DNA from: a virus | Lineage: Duplodnaviria; Heunggongvirae; Uroviricota; Caudoviricetes | Length of the DNA stretch: 64,000 bases | Virus record (IMG/VR): IMGVR_UViG_3300033072_001087 | Span: 50,816-114,815 of that record | Reading direction: 5' to 3' (one strand) | Part shown: piece by piece, positions 37,819 through 47,820 of the stretch | How the letters are laid out: each line of letters starts with the position of its first letter | How positions within the stretch are numbered: position 1 is the stretch's first letter | Position numbers and translations under genes: made by a program | The notes under the pieces: generated by a model | The model's database searches: none | Told to the model about the DNA's origin: nothing | The model's input: only the letters and a program-made list of their open reading frames with translations

Positions 37819-38325
37819 GTGACAAACCTAAAAGGCTATACGCTGAAGTTCGTAGTAACGGCTGGGGCGATTTCGTCCAGCTTTCCATCTGTAGATGTTG
37901 TCAAGTTTTTTCAGACGGAGAACGGGGTGATTATCGCGTATGAGTTAACAGACCCAAAGCAATATGACACGTCGCGGATCTCATTTCTCGATAAAACGTC
38001 GAACAAGCGCATTGTGCTGCACGTCAACGACATCGTGTTTGTGTTTGCAAGTCCCGATACGGCACAGAATCGGTATGTTGGCGAGCCGACGACGCAAGCT
38101 GAACGCTTTATGGATTCCGATTCGACCAAAAAGCGCAAGGCAATTATGGCTGCGCTTGACGTTTTAGCCGATGAGCGTGGGTTTGAGCATAATAAGGAAA
38201 TGGCGCGAGCGATGTTTGATCCGCACGGCATGACCGATCCATCGAAGGCGTACATGAAAAAGCTGGCTTCAGGAATTCTATCCATCGCGTTCGAGGAGCT
38301 TTACGAGGAGACCGGGCTGGCATGA
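37819..38325 (+). CDS. Hypothetical protein.
   Basis: 168-aa ORF in the operon. Confidence 0.35.
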   Translation: MTNLKGYTLKFVVTAGAISSSFPSVDVVKFFQTENGVIIAYELTDPKQYDTSRISFLDKTSNKRIVLHVNDIVFVFASPDTAQNRYVGEPTTQAERFMDSDSTKKRKAIMAALDVLADERGFEHNKEMARAMFDPHGMTDPSKAYMKKLASGILSIAFEELYEETGLA

Positions 38326-38816
38326 CAACGACATTCTTCCGTGATGTTCTGGACATGCAGGTGTGGCGGTTCACGGAAAAGACCGGAGTCGTCTTCGTAA
38401 ACGGCGCTCCGCGCTACATCAGCGAGCACCAAGACGTTGAACTGCGATTTGTCGGTTCAGTCGGCGATTCGGGCGTATTTCTTTGGGTAAACGGTAGTGG
38501 ATATAAGCCCGGAGATTGCGATCTATTCTCGATGCCTCTGAGTTATGCCGAGCCGGTCAATATCATCCGGTCGAAGATTTACATTGCCGGGTGTGATGAG
38601 CCGGTTTTGATCTACGAGTACGACAACGCGCCGTCGCGCTGGAAGAAGCTGCTTCACAGCGATGACGGGTACTATATCGCGCTTGTGCCGTTTGACATCG
38701 CGAAATACGGACTCAAGCAAGAACTTGGGTTCTTGCTAGGCAACAGCTGGTTTGGCGATACAGTCGTCATGTTCATCGAAAGACCTTATCAAATCTACAT
38801 TGGAGTCAAAGCGTGA
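38322..38816 (+). CDS. Hypothetical protein.
   Basis: 164-aa ORF, coupled. Confidence 0.35.
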   Translation: MTTTFFRDVLDMQVWRFTEKTGVVFVNGAPRYISEHQDVELRFVGSVGDSGVFLWVNGSGYKPGDCDLFSMPLSYAEPVNIIRSKIYIAGCDEPVLIYEYDNAPSRWKKLLHSDDGYYIALVPFDIAKYGLKQELGFLLGNSWFGDTVVMFIERPYQIYIGVKA

Positions 38817-39061
38817 ACGAGCAAGTCATCCTTACACTTTTGCTCATCGGGCTAATCGCGTTTGTCGTGCTGCGGTCGATTCCGCGAACTAATACCAACG
38901 GCGACGGGGCATTTAAACTGCGTGGCGGTTCTGGAGAGTATGAGGTTTGCATTGGTGGCAGGCGCGAACGCTATATCGTCAAAGCCACGAGCGGACGTGA
39001 GGCGATCCAGAAAGTCAGGATGTTCATAGAGACGAAAGGCGTTAAGCGTGTCGATCCATGA
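38813..39061 (+). CDS. Small protein with N-terminal TM segment.
   Basis: ILTLLLIGLIAFVVL TM segment. Confidence 0.3.
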   Translation: MNEQVILTLLLIGLIAFVVLRSIPRTNTNGDGAFKLRGGSGEYEVCIGGRRERYIVKATSGREAIQKVRMFIETKGVKRVDP

Positions 39062-39476
39062 TTTGATGAACGAGGCCATGAAGTGGCTTCGAACCTATAG
39101 CGTGAAAAGAGATGAGACCATTCCACATCTGGGATATTTTGTCGATCTCAACCTTGTGCGCGTGTTCTTTGTGCCGGTGCTTTTGCCACAGGAAGCACCG
39201 GCACTTGTGTTTCGGTGTATGCCAGAAGTGTTTGATAATGGTGAAATAAATACGTTTTCAGAAGACAATATCACCGAGATCGAAAACCTCTTTGAGTGGC
39301 TTGGTGAACCGATACTATCCGAATTTACAAACAACGAGCGGACAACGCATACGGTCGTTCTAGGCATCAACAGCCGCGCCGAAGTACGAGATGCGCTGGA
39401 TCGCTATATTGCACAGGGGATTTGGGATAACCTGTCAACGGCTGAAGCGCCGAATGGTTGGATGCAATATGTTTAA
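39048..39476 (+). CDS. Hypothetical protein.
   Basis: 142-aa ORF. Confidence 0.35.
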   Translation: MSIHDLMNEAMKWLRTYSVKRDETIPHLGYFVDLNLVRVFFVPVLLPQEAPALVFRCMPEVFDNGEINTFSEDNITEIENLFEWLGEPILSEFTNNERTTHTVVLGINSRAEVRDALDRYIAQGIWDNLSTAEAPNGWMQYV

Positions 39477-39621
39477 CAAGCTTAAGGGCGCAGCGCTTTT
39501 TCTATTCACGCGCTTTGCATATACGCAAAAATCTGCGGAAGACGTTATTTTTGTCGTTATTGCTATCGCACTGATCGTCATCATGGCATCTTGTGGTATC
39601 ATTATCCTCATCGCACGATGA
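39469..39621 (+). CDS. Small hydrophobic peptide (about 50 aa).
   Basis: FVVIAIALIVIMASCGIIILIA TM segment. Could be a membrane-active or lysis-related peptide. Confidence 0.25.
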   Translation: MFNKLKGAALFLFTRFAYTQKSAEDVIFVVIAIALIVIMASCGIIILIAR

Positions 39622-39636
39622 GGATAATCAATCTAG

Positions 39637-40170
39637 ATGAAAAGGTTCATGCAGCGTTACGCCGAAGGACGCACTTGGTTCGCTTTGTTTACGCGTGATA
39701 GCGACAGCCCACAGCCCTTTGCCATTGTTGATATACGCGACTCTGCGCTCTTGCGTAACTTCTTTTCGCGTGCATTTTCGCAGTATAACCACCGACTGAT
39801 TTCAGATTCGCTGATGCACTACATTGAACAGAGTGAATGGGATCGGCAAGGCTATTTTGACGCCATTATCCGCGTCGGTCGCCGCCACCCAAGTCGATCA
39901 CAAATGTTCCTACTGTCCTATGCGGCAACCCATACGGGATGGTTTCGCTTTCCCGAAGAAATGCGCGCCGACGTTTCCACTAAGAGCCTGTTTGTCTGCA
40001 CGGAACGGGGTTGGATGGCATGGAACGATGGCAACTATCGCATTACATCGGAAGGGCGTCGCGTCCTAAGAAATGCAATCCTAGATGAACGAGATCGAGA
40101 AAAATCAAGCCGGGATAAACGCCGCGCTCGGCAAAATCGCCAACGCGGCGGCGCAGGCGACAGCACTTGA
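39637..40170 (+). CDS. Hypothetical protein with basic C-terminal tail.
   Basis: 177-aa ORF. C-terminus RDKRRARQNRQRGG. Confidence 0.35.
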   Translation: MKRFMQRYAEGRTWFALFTRDSDSPQPFAIVDIRDSALLRNFFSRAFSQYNHRLISDSLMHYIEQSEWDRQGYFDAIIRVGRRHPSRSQMFLLSYAATHTGWFRFPEEMRADVSTKSLFVCTERGWMAWNDGNYRITSEGRRVLRNAILDERDREKSSRDKRRARQNRQRGGAGDST

Positions 40171-41080
40171 CACCTACAAATTAGACCTTGCCCCAAATAC
40201 ATTGGATCGTCAACGGCGCGATTTGTCGCTCTTTGCGGATTACTTGATGGGAAAAGGGATGCGCGTCGGCGATCTGTTCAACAGCGCCGAGGCGTGGCGT
40301 GGTATTACGTGGGGATTGGTCAAGGGGTTCGGGTTGTGGATGCAGCACAAGGGATACGCGTTGGGTTCGGTTGCGGTTAGATTTGCAACCGTCAAGCGCT
40401 ATGCCGCGCTTGCTGTACAATCTGGAATAATCGACGCAAATGAGGGCGCATTGATTAAATCCTTGCGCCCCTTTACGAACACACGCAATGTCGATGCAAA
40501 ACGCGCCAGAACACGTCTGGGCGCGAAAAAAGCCCATTCTACAGACTTGACGTTAGAGCAGCGAAAAACCCTCAAAGAACGCGCCTCCTCTACCCCACAA
40601 AGCGCGTGTTACGCCCTGCTCATGTGTTTACTTCTTGATCACGGTCTTAGAGTATCGGAGGTCATTCTGCTTACTGACGCGAACGTAGACACTACCCTGT
40701 GGACTCTCAGTTTCTATCGTCCAAAGGTTGATCGTCACGATATTCACCGCATGACGCAAGACACAATCCATGCTTACTTAGCCTACAAACCGTTTATAAT
40801 AGAAGGCGAGAAGCTGCTGCGTCAATCAGAACGCGGCGGCGCATTAGGCAAGCCCGGATTAACGCGTGGCGGCGTCGAACAAATCGTCAAACGACTTGGG
40901 AAAAACATCGGGGTCCCATCGCTCTCGCCCCATGATTGTCGGCATTCTTGGGCAACAGAATACGAGAAGAAACACACGCCGTTTGAACTGCGCGACGCAG
41001 GGGGCTGGAACAGCTTGGATATGCCAAATCGCTATGTCAACCGAAAACGAATCAGCAATCAAGGAGAGGACTTGGAATAA
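40085..41080 (+). CDS. Tyrosine recombinase / phage integrase.
   Basis: C-terminal catalytic region HDCRHSWATEY...GGWNSLDMPNRYV (R..H..R..Y). N-terminal SAM-like core-binding region. The true start may be downstream of 40085. Confidence 0.8.
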   Translation: MNEIEKNQAGINAALGKIANAAAQATALDTYKLDLAPNTLDRQRRDLSLFADYLMGKGMRVGDLFNSAEAWRGITWGLVKGFGLWMQHKGYALGSVAVRFATVKRYAALAVQSGIIDANEGALIKSLRPFTNTRNVDAKRARTRLGAKKAHSTDLTLEQRKTLKERASSTPQSACYALLMCLLLDHGLRVSEVILLTDANVDTTLWTLSFYRPKVDRHDIHRMTQDTIHAYLAYKPFIIEGEKLLRQSERGGALGKPGLTRGGVEQIVKRLGKNIGVPSLSPHDCRHSWATEYEKKHTPFELRDAGGWNSLDMPNRYVNRKRISNQGEDLE

Positions 41081-42285
41081 TGTTTGGCGTGAATATACTG
41101 GCGCAATTCCTCAAAGATCGAAATCGCGCCATTGACTTTGTGTACGATCTCAAGCCCAATGCGCTGTTGGTGATGGACGATCGACAGCTGGCATTAGATT
41201 TAGCGTTTTCGCCAAAACTGCCAACGACGACGGTTGTTTACCGCGCCTACGATCCACACGACGATTCGTGGCATCTAAGAAACAGCGCGAGCGAGATATG
41301 GAACTGGCACAAACGCTTCGCGCATCCGAAACTCGTCATGCAGATCTGGAACGAGCCGTCTGGATACGTGAACGTCGAAGCGTTGGTCGAAAAAGCGGTT
41401 GACATTGTGCATATGGCTTCTGCAGACAACTTAAGAGTGGTCATGCCGATGTGGGGCGTCGGACATCCCGATAACAAGTTGATCAGCAGTGGGGTTTTAG
41501 ATCCGCTGATCGAAACGCTCTACCAACACCCGGAACAGTATTACGGCGTTCATGAATACGCCAGAACATCCATTGCAGAAGCGATTGACGAAGACCATGT
41601 ACTGCGCTGTGTCGCTTTCTTGGAACGCGCAAAAAAGATCGGCTGCCCGATTGCGGCTCAGCGCATCATCGTCGGCGAATTTGGGCGTGACTACATGGGG
41701 CGCTATGAAGATGGCTATCGCGATAACATGACCAGCGAGGGCTATGCTGTCATGCACCGGAGTGCTGAAGAAGCATACCGCGCCTACGGCATCAACAAGG
41801 TTATTACGTTTTGCATGGGCAACGGCGGCGGCAATCGGTGGGAGAAGTTCAATATCGAAGGAGACGAGATCGTGCAAGACGCGCTTATCGACATCAACAC
41901 AAAATCAATCACGGAGCCCCCACCTGCGGTCGAACCGCCGGTTGAATCAAAGAAGTATTACGGCATCATTCAAACCACTGCTCTACGCGTGAATGTCAGA
42001 GAAGCCCCTTCCCTCAACGCGAAGGTTGTAACAACAGTCACGGGCGGAAATGTTGTCGAATACATGCCGGACTCGGTTGTGATGGATGAGAATGGGCGCG
42101 CATGGTTCATGCTGATTGAACCGCGCGGCTATCTTGCGTCATGGGCGGCTTGGGTTCAAAGCATTACAAGCGATCAAGGTTCTATCGATCGGATTGCCAA
42201 ACTTAACGATGACATCACGGATGCGCTGACACGCGCCGCAAGCGCTGTTGGCGAGATAAAAGACATACTGAACTCGATCAAGTAG
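41080..42285 (+). CDS. GH5-like glycoside hydrolase domain fused to a C-terminal SH3b domain (candidate lysin or depolymerase).
   Basis: QIWNEPSGY (GH5 NEP acid/base) and IIVGEFGR (GEFG nucleophile-like). C-terminal YYGIIQTTALRVNVREAPSLNAKVVTTVTGGNVVEY...DENGRAWFMLIE resembles bacterial SH3b. Confidence 0.5.
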   Translation: MFGVNILAQFLKDRNRAIDFVYDLKPNALLVMDDRQLALDLAFSPKLPTTTVVYRAYDPHDDSWHLRNSASEIWNWHKRFAHPKLVMQIWNEPSGYVNVEALVEKAVDIVHMASADNLRVVMPMWGVGHPDNKLISSGVLDPLIETLYQHPEQYYGVHEYARTSIAEAIDEDHVLRCVAFLERAKKIGCPIAAQRIIVGEFGRDYMGRYEDGYRDNMTSEGYAVMHRSAEEAYRAYGINKVITFCMGNGGGNRWEKFNIEGDEIVQDALIDINTKSITEPPPAVEPPVESKKYYGIIQTTALRVNVREAPSLNAKVVTTVTGGNVVEYMPDSVVMDENGRAWFMLIEPRGYLASWAAWVQSITSDQGSIDRIAKLNDDITDALTRAASAVGEIKDILNSIK

Positions 42286-42286
42286 C

Positions 42287-42326
42287 GATAGTCCCGGTCA
42301 TGACCGGGACTATCTAATTTTGTTGG
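42287..42326 (+). terminator. Rho-independent terminator.
   Basis: 13-bp perfect stem gatagtcccggtc/gaccgggactatc with a 2-nt loop, followed by taattttgttgg. Confidence 0.75.
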
Positions 42327-42483
42327 TTGAGATGATCCGCGTTCTATGTCCCGTCCCGTTTCTTAAACGCATCCATATCACCAGCCGCAAAATCTCGGTT
42401 AGCTTGAGGCACTTTATCAAGCGGGATTTCACGGGGTCTGTGCGGCACATATTCAAGATCGGAAGGCTTCAAAACTAAGCTGA

Positions 42484-43257
42484 TCAAGCAAAGTTATCTG
42501 CGAACATTGGCAGCGTGTAGGCAACGGATAGCCGCTTACGTGCTGTTACCGAGTGAACTGGCGAATTATCCCCAAGAATGTACCGTCGTCCCGTGTTCCG
42601 CGCAGCGACGCCGGTAGTGCCGCTGCCGCACGTTGGGTCTAAGACGACATCGCCAGATAGCGTATAGGTTCGTATAAGATACTCGATCAAGCTAACAGGC
42701 TTTTGCGTCGGATGCAGCCCGGTTTCGTTCGCAAATTGATGAACGGTCTTCGGGTATCTCCACCCCTCGTTGACTGTACCGAGCAAATCGAACTTGCCGT
42801 AGTTGGTCGTCTTGCCTTTCGTCTTTGCCTTGTACGGCGTTCCAGCTTCCATTTGCGGGAAATATACCGGTTCTTTCCGAGAGAAAATCAGAATGTTCTC
42901 GTGTGAGCGAAGCGGACGGCGGTTCGCATCCAAGAAGCCGCTTCCGCGCGGCTTCTCCCAAATCATCTCGTAGCGAAATAAGTCGAGTGCGCTCATAACC
43001 AACATACTCGTGAATGGTTGAGATCCGGTGAGCGCAATTACGCCGTCCGACTTGATGATGCGGCGGAAACGCCGCCACATCGGTTCAAGCGGAATCAGCG
43101 TATCCCAACTGTTTTGCGTTACCGCGTAGGGTAAATCTGCGAAGATGAAATCGACAACGACTCCCGCCTCGTAAATCCAGTCGCACAGCGAGAACAGGTC
43201 CAGAAAATGAACCGCGTTGAATAGATCTGAGGCCGTCCGCGCTGGCAGCAGGTTCAC
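42484..43257 (-). CDS. DNA methyltransferase (N4/N6 class).
   Basis: FADLPY-type motif IV and VLDPTCGSGTTGVAA motif I. Confidence 0.7.
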   Translation of the reverse strand: MNLLPARTASDLFNAVHFLDLFSLCDWIYEAGVVVDFIFADLPYAVTQNSWDTLIPLEPMWRRFRRIIKSDGVIALTGSQPFTSMLVMSALDLFRYEMIWEKPRGSGFLDANRRPLRSHENILIFSRKEPVYFPQMEAGTPYKAKTKGKTTNYGKFDLLGTVNEGWRYPKTVHQFANETGLHPTQKPVSLIEYLIRTYTLSGDVVLDPTCGSGTTGVAARNTGRRYILGDNSPVHSVTARKRLSVAYTLPMFADNFA

Positions 43258-43266
43258 GATAGCGTC

Positions 43267-44397
43267 CTAACGGTTGAGGCTCATCGGCATGATCACGCAA
43301 ACGAGTCCGTCATAGCTTTCTGGGCGAATCACCACCGGATGCGCCGCGCCGTGAGTCTCCAGAATAATGCGCTCGCTGTCGATGATATTCAGCACGTCGA
43401 TCAAGTAGCGAATGTTATACGCCACTTCCAGCGCTTCCCCTTCGACTCCGGCGTCGATCATGCCCTCACTATCACCGCGTTCGGCGCTGCGTCCCAAGAT
43501 CGATAACTGTCCCGGTTCACTGGGGCTGGCAGGCGGTTGTGCGATGAATCGCGCGCTGAAGTTGTTGTCGCGCGCAAAAATTTCGGCTCGCTTGCATTGA
43601 TTGAGCAGTTCATCGGCATATACCGTTATCGATGTACTGTAGGTTTTTGGAACAATAGCGTTGAAGTCTGGGAATTTACCGCTGATCAATTGCGACGTAA
43701 TGATCGTGCTTTCGTAATAAAACGCCACACCCTCTCGTTCATCGAGCATGGATAGTCCAAGCGGCCGCTCTTCATCGGTAATCACACGCGCTACTTCCGC
43801 TAACGTTCTTGCGGGAATGATCATCGGTTCACTTTCAGCGGACTCGTCAATTTGACTTGTCCGAACTGACAGACGATACCCATCCGCTGAAGTCATTGTC
43901 AGCGCGTTATTGCCGAACTGAGTATAGATGCCACCCAAAACAGGGCGAGAGTCTTCCTTCGCCGCAGCAAAGACTGTTTGCGTAATCATCTGCTTGAATA
44001 CGCCGGATGGTAGTTGTACGGACGCCCCTTTTGTTTCAGGAATCGGAGGGAATTCTGACGCCGCAATGCCCTTGATGTTCGATTTGGTCGTACCACAGCG
44101 GACATTAACCGTTTGCGTTTGCGCGTCAAGTATTAGATCGACTCGTTCAGATGACAGGTTATTGACTAATTCAGCGAATGTCTTAGCGGGAAGCGTAATC
44201 GCGCCGGGAACATCGATTTTCGCACCGACATAGGTTGTGATGCTCATTTCGAGGTTCGTTGCGACGAGTTTGAGGCGGGCATCTTCGGTCATCAACAGCA
44301 CGTTCGCCAAGACCGGCAGAGTCGGACGCGACTCGACAGCTTTGGCGACAATACTTAATCCTCTGGCGAGCTGATCTTGCAAGATTGAAACACGCAT
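43267..44397 (-). CDS. dnaN: DNA polymerase III beta subunit (sliding clamp).
   Basis: 376 aa. N-terminus MRVSILQDQLARGLSIVAKAV...PVLANVLL and the three-domain clamp pattern. Confidence 0.8.
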   Translation of the reverse strand: MRVSILQDQLARGLSIVAKAVESRPTLPVLANVLLMTEDARLKLVATNLEMSITTYVGAKIDVPGAITLPAKTFAELVNNLSSERVDLILDAQTQTVNVRCGTTKSNIKGIAASEFPPIPETKGASVQLPSGVFKQMITQTVFAAAKEDSRPVLGGIYTQFGNNALTMTSADGYRLSVRTSQIDESAESEPMIIPARTLAEVARVITDEERPLGLSMLDEREGVAFYYESTIITSQLISGKFPDFNAIVPKTYSTSITVYADELLNQCKRAEIFARDNNFSARFIAQPPASPSEPGQLSILGRSAERGDSEGMIDAGVEGEALEVAYNIRYLIDVLNIIDSERIILETHGAAHPVVIRPESYDGLVCVIMPMSLNR

Positions 44398-45242
44398 TAC
44401 GTTGACTCCTCATTGATTGTTAGGTTCGCGAACATCGGTAGTGTTCGGATTGGATCGTAATTCATCCACAGCGATTCCATCTTCTGCTTTGGCGTCCCTG
44501 TGCCGCTAACTGTATTTACGGCAAAGTCCCTGCGCGTATACCCGTTTAAAGCGGAATACAACGCATTATCGTAGCCGCTCAAAATGACATATGCCTTCTT
44601 GATCGCGTTTAAAGCGGCGACCAACCGTTCGTGATGCGCATCATCAACATCATTTTCATACCGCGCTTCGGTCCGCGTCGATAAAACATATGGCGGATCA
44701 AGATAAATCAACGTCCGTTCGCGGTCAAATTCGCCGATCAGTTCCAGTGCGTCGCGGTTGGTCACAATGACCGTCGATAGCCGCGCGTGTAATTCCGGCA
44801 TTTCATCGACCGATGACAGGAAATCGCTGACCGACTTGCTCGTATTACGGCGAACGGTTGTGTTGATTGAGAACCCCCCAATGCCATTATGCCGTGTCCG
44901 ATTGACGTACCAGAAACGGAATGCGCGCTCAACATCATCCAATTCGCCGCGCAGCGATACGCGGTACTCGTTCGATGTGCTTTCGTCATAGAGCGCTAAC
45001 TGACACAGGCGATAAAATTCCGCGAACAACGCCTCATCGCGCAGCACTTTGAATAAGGCGTAGACATTCCGATTCACGTCGTTGTAGAGTTCAATCGGAA
45101 CGCGCGGCTTGTTGAGCAGAACAACGCCGCTTCCGCCATACGCATCCACGAACGTGTCGTATAAGGACTCGTCAGGGAAATAAGACAACAATTGCGCGAT
45201 CATGCCGCCTTTTCCGCCAAAATACTTGACCGGTGCGTTCAT
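44397..45242 (-). CDS. dam: DNA adenine methyltransferase (Dam-like).
   Basis: KYFGGKGGM (motif I region), DAYGGSG, YLDPPYVLSTR (DPPY). Start placed at MNAPVKYFGGKG. Confidence 0.75.
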   Translation of the reverse strand: MNAPVKYFGGKGGMIAQLLSYFPDESLYDTFVDAYGGSGVVLLNKPRVPIELYNDVNRNVYALFKVLRDEALFAEFYRLCQLALYDESTSNEYRVSLRGELDDVERAFRFWYVNRTRHNGIGGFSINTTVRRNTSKSVSDFLSSVDEMPELHARLSTVIVTNRDALELIGEFDRERTLIYLDPPYVLSTRTEARYENDVDDAHHERLVAALNAIKKAYVILSGYDNALYSALNGYTRRDFAVNTVSGTGTPKQKMESLWMNYDPIRTLPMFANLTINEEST

Positions 45243-45562
45243 TTTGTATCTAGTAATTTTGGCATGTACAGCGCGTGTTTGCCCATCACCCATCCATCCG
45301 GCATCGCGAAGATTTTTATCTTAATCGCCCAATCCGCAAACGCTTTTGCCTCAAGCAGCATCTTGATCTTGCCATCATCAAGGTTGGTTGCAGTTTGTGC
45401 TGCAAACAAGAGAAGCAAGCAGTACGATGCGCGCCAATAGACCATTTCGCGCCACGCTTTAAACCAGCGGTAAAGCAAGTACAATGGCACAAGAAATATC
45501 GCGAAGAACCACCCAACATCCGCGTTCATGAAGGCTGTCCAATCGATAATGCTGGCGTTCAC
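45239..45562 (-). CDS. Small membrane protein.
   Basis: Hydrophobic segment DVGWFFAIFLVPLYLLY. Confidence 0.3.
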   Translation of the reverse strand: MNASIIDWTAFMNADVGWFFAIFLVPLYLLYRWFKAWREMVYWRASYCLLLLFAAQTATNLDDGKIKMLLEAKAFADWAIKIKIFAMPDGWVMGKHALYMPKLLDTK

Positions 45563-45960
45563 TCGATCGATTCCTTTGCGTAATAGCGTGCGATCATCGC
45601 GTCCGTCTTACCAGTCTCATCGATGATACCGGCGCGTTTGCCGTATATCATGTGATATGGCTTACGCGTACTCAAATCAAGATAGACCGGTGTATTCCGC
45701 GCGCCGAAATAGTCGCCGTAGCCGATAATCGGACCTTGCTCATGTTTCTTGAATCGCTTCGCCGCTGGCTGCGTCGATGCTTCAATGGCCACCTGCTTGA
45801 CCGCCTCGATAAAATCGGGGTGTCGTAATGTGCGATAGACCGACTCGATGACGTTTTCCCAGACAATCGGGATTTGTTCGCCCCGCTCATCGTATGCCGC
45901 ACCGACAATACCCAATCCGATCGCCAATTTCATTGTGTTTACAGCGTCATGATGCTTCAT
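45559..45960 (-). CDS. Hypothetical protein. Start moved to MKHHD to avoid overlap with the ligase.
   Basis: ORF. A possible H..HD..D HD-like motif, but too weak to call. Confidence 0.25.
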   Translation of the reverse strand: MKHHDAVNTMKLAIGLGIVGAAYDERGEQIPIVWENVIESVYRTLRHPDFIEAVKQVAIEASTQPAAKRFKKHEQGPIIGYGDYFGARNTPVYLDLSTRKPYHMIYGKRAGIIDETGKTDAMIARYYAKESIE

Positions 45961-47029
45961 CGTTACCCTCTGTGCGTTCCTTGAAAGCATTGCGGTAGAT
46001 AATAGGTTCAATCGACTTTCCCGACTTAAGCGCAAACAAATACCCATGTACATCTTTCGGGTAATTTGCTTGTACCCACAGCGCGAAGTCCCGTTGAGTT
46101 CCGCTCGGCGCAATTGATATTGCGTCCACGCACTCGTTTGTGATGCGTGTTACTGTTTCATCTATCTCTCTTTTCCAAGCACGAATTTGATCAAGGAACT
46201 CGTCTGGTACGCCATCAATTAGCTGCTCGTATTTGTCTTGCGCAACCGCATCAAGGATTCGGTTAAAGCTGCATCCCGTCAAAATGCGATGAGCCATTAC
46301 ATACGCATCCCCCTTGACTTTAAGACGCATATTGTCCGAATAGCGCAGCACCCAGCCCTCCTCATTCGCACTTAAAGATTGCGCCGCATTCAAAATGTCA
46401 TCTATACTATCGAAGGTGTAGGTTCGCGGACGCATAAACCCATACGCATTTGCTATAACATCTAATTCAGCCGCATAAAGCTCGTGACCTAATTGAATAT
46501 TGCGCCCGCCAAGCAGCACAACACCCTCGTAATCGCCGTAATTTACGACGATGCGGTTTTCTGGATAGATGATTTCAAATAACAGCGTAACCCTGCTGTC
46601 AAATGCGAAATTGGGATGATGTTGTTGAAACCATGCGCTCGCCCATTGTGCTTGAGCGCCGGTGAACGATCCGCGCGTTGCCATTTTCCATTGATCGTTG
46701 TGGAAATACAAAATACCAAGCGAACCATCCATCTTTTCCGTTATCTCGATCAAACGAGCGCCCGGCATAGGAAAGATTTGTCCGTAATTCCAGAACTTTG
46801 AGAACGGACGGGCTATGCACTCGCCGTTCTGAGTGTTAAAAATCAGCCCTCGTGAATTCGCTTCGAACCAGTTCCATCCTGACGGCGGCTTAAATTGTGC
46901 TGCTTGGGTGTAGTTGAATAACACTAACCCGTCGTGGTATGTAGCTGATACCTCTCCATACTGGCTCCAATCTTGTTCGCCGCGCTGGATTAACGACTGT
47001 ATATCGCCCAAGGACCGGATACTATTCAT
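45947..47029 (-). CDS. ATP-dependent RNA/DNA ligase-family nucleotidyltransferase.
   Basis: ITEKMDGSLG is the KxDG lysine-adenylylation motif I. 360 aa. Confidence 0.5.
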   Translation of the reverse strand: MNSIRSLGDIQSLIQRGEQDWSQYGEVSATYHDGLVLFNYTQAAQFKPPSGWNWFEANSRGLIFNTQNGECIARPFSKFWNYGQIFPMPGARLIEITEKMDGSLGILYFHNDQWKMATRGSFTGAQAQWASAWFQQHHPNFAFDSRVTLLFEIIYPENRIVVNYGDYEGVVLLGGRNIQLGHELYAAELDVIANAYGFMRPRTYTFDSIDDILNAAQSLSANEEGWVLRYSDNMRLKVKGDAYVMAHRILTGCSFNRILDAVAQDKYEQLIDGVPDEFLDQIRAWKREIDETVTRITNECVDAISIAPSGTQRDFALWVQANYPKDVHGYLFALKSGKSIEPIIYRNAFKERTEGNDEAS

Positions 47030-47820
47030 GATGCTCCCCCAAATAAGCTCAATTGCACAACGCCGTCTTTAAGCGGCTTATCCGTAGGAAATTCGGCGAT
47101 GCGCCGGTTTGCCATTTCGACATATTTTCCAGAACGATCGCAGCCTAAGAAACAACGCTTGTGTTTAAGCGCGGCTTCAGCAACCGTTCCGGATCCCATA
47201 TACGGATCAAGGATAACTTGCGCATTCGTCGTGCGAATGCAGCGGCTTGCCAATTCCAGCGGAAATGGCGCGGGATGTTCGGTACCAGAGGCTTGTGGAA
47301 TATCCCACACATCCGTCAACCCGGACGATCCTTCGACAAACGTAAAATCAGCCATCGCGATGATGTAAATGACCTCATAGCTAGGCAAGAAATAACCACG
47401 ATTGTGATTGACTCCACCAGATCGCCGCCAAATAATAATCTGACGCAGCGGCGCATCACCGATGATCTTTTCAGCGTGACGTTGGTATAACCCATTCTGC
47501 ACGCGCCACTTGTGGTTGTAGAATATGACCCCTGTTTTCGGGTTAATCACACGCAGCAGTTCGCGCATCACCTGCCGCTGCCAGTCAATGTACTCATCTT
47601 CCGGCAAATCGTCTGCGTAGCCGTCGTAGCCATTTGTGACTAATTCGCCATGCCATCCCGAAAGCGGCGGATGCTTGAATGAATTGCCGCTGCTGTTGCG
47701 GATATTGTATGGCGGCGAAGTCACGACCGAGTCAACAAAACCATCGGGAATTCGCTTAAGGTAATCTAAATCTTTCTCAACAGAAATTGTATTAAGTTGC
47801 GGTGGGAGTACCATCAGCAT
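47026..47820 (-). CDS. DNA methyltransferase (N4/N6 class, ParB-less).
   Basis: VVTSPPYNIRN motif IV and DPYMGSGTVAEAA motif I. Confidence 0.8.
   Translation of the reverse strand: MLMVLPPQLNTISVEKDLDYLKRIPDGFVDSVVTSPPYNIRNSSGNSFKHPPLSGWHGELVTNGYDGYADDLPEDEYIDWQRQVMRELLRVINPKTGVIFYNHKWRVQNGLYQRHAEKIIGDAPLRQIIIWRRSGGVNHNRGYFLPSYEVIYIIAMADFTFVEGSSGLTDVWDIPQASGTEHPAPFPLELASRCIRTTNAQVILDPYMGSGTVAEAALKHKRCFLGCDRSGKYVEMANRRIAEFPTDKPLKDGVVQLSLFGGAS

Noticed and set aside
42315-42483. tRNA gene adjacent to the integrase
   Set aside because: No cloverleaf-compatible sequence (no GTTC-Pu-A T-loop with matching stems) found in this gap or elsewhere in the window.
45559-45960. HD-domain dATPase (DatZ-like) call
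   Set aside because: Only an HHD tripeptide and scattered Asp residues. Insufficient to assign an HD fold by eye.
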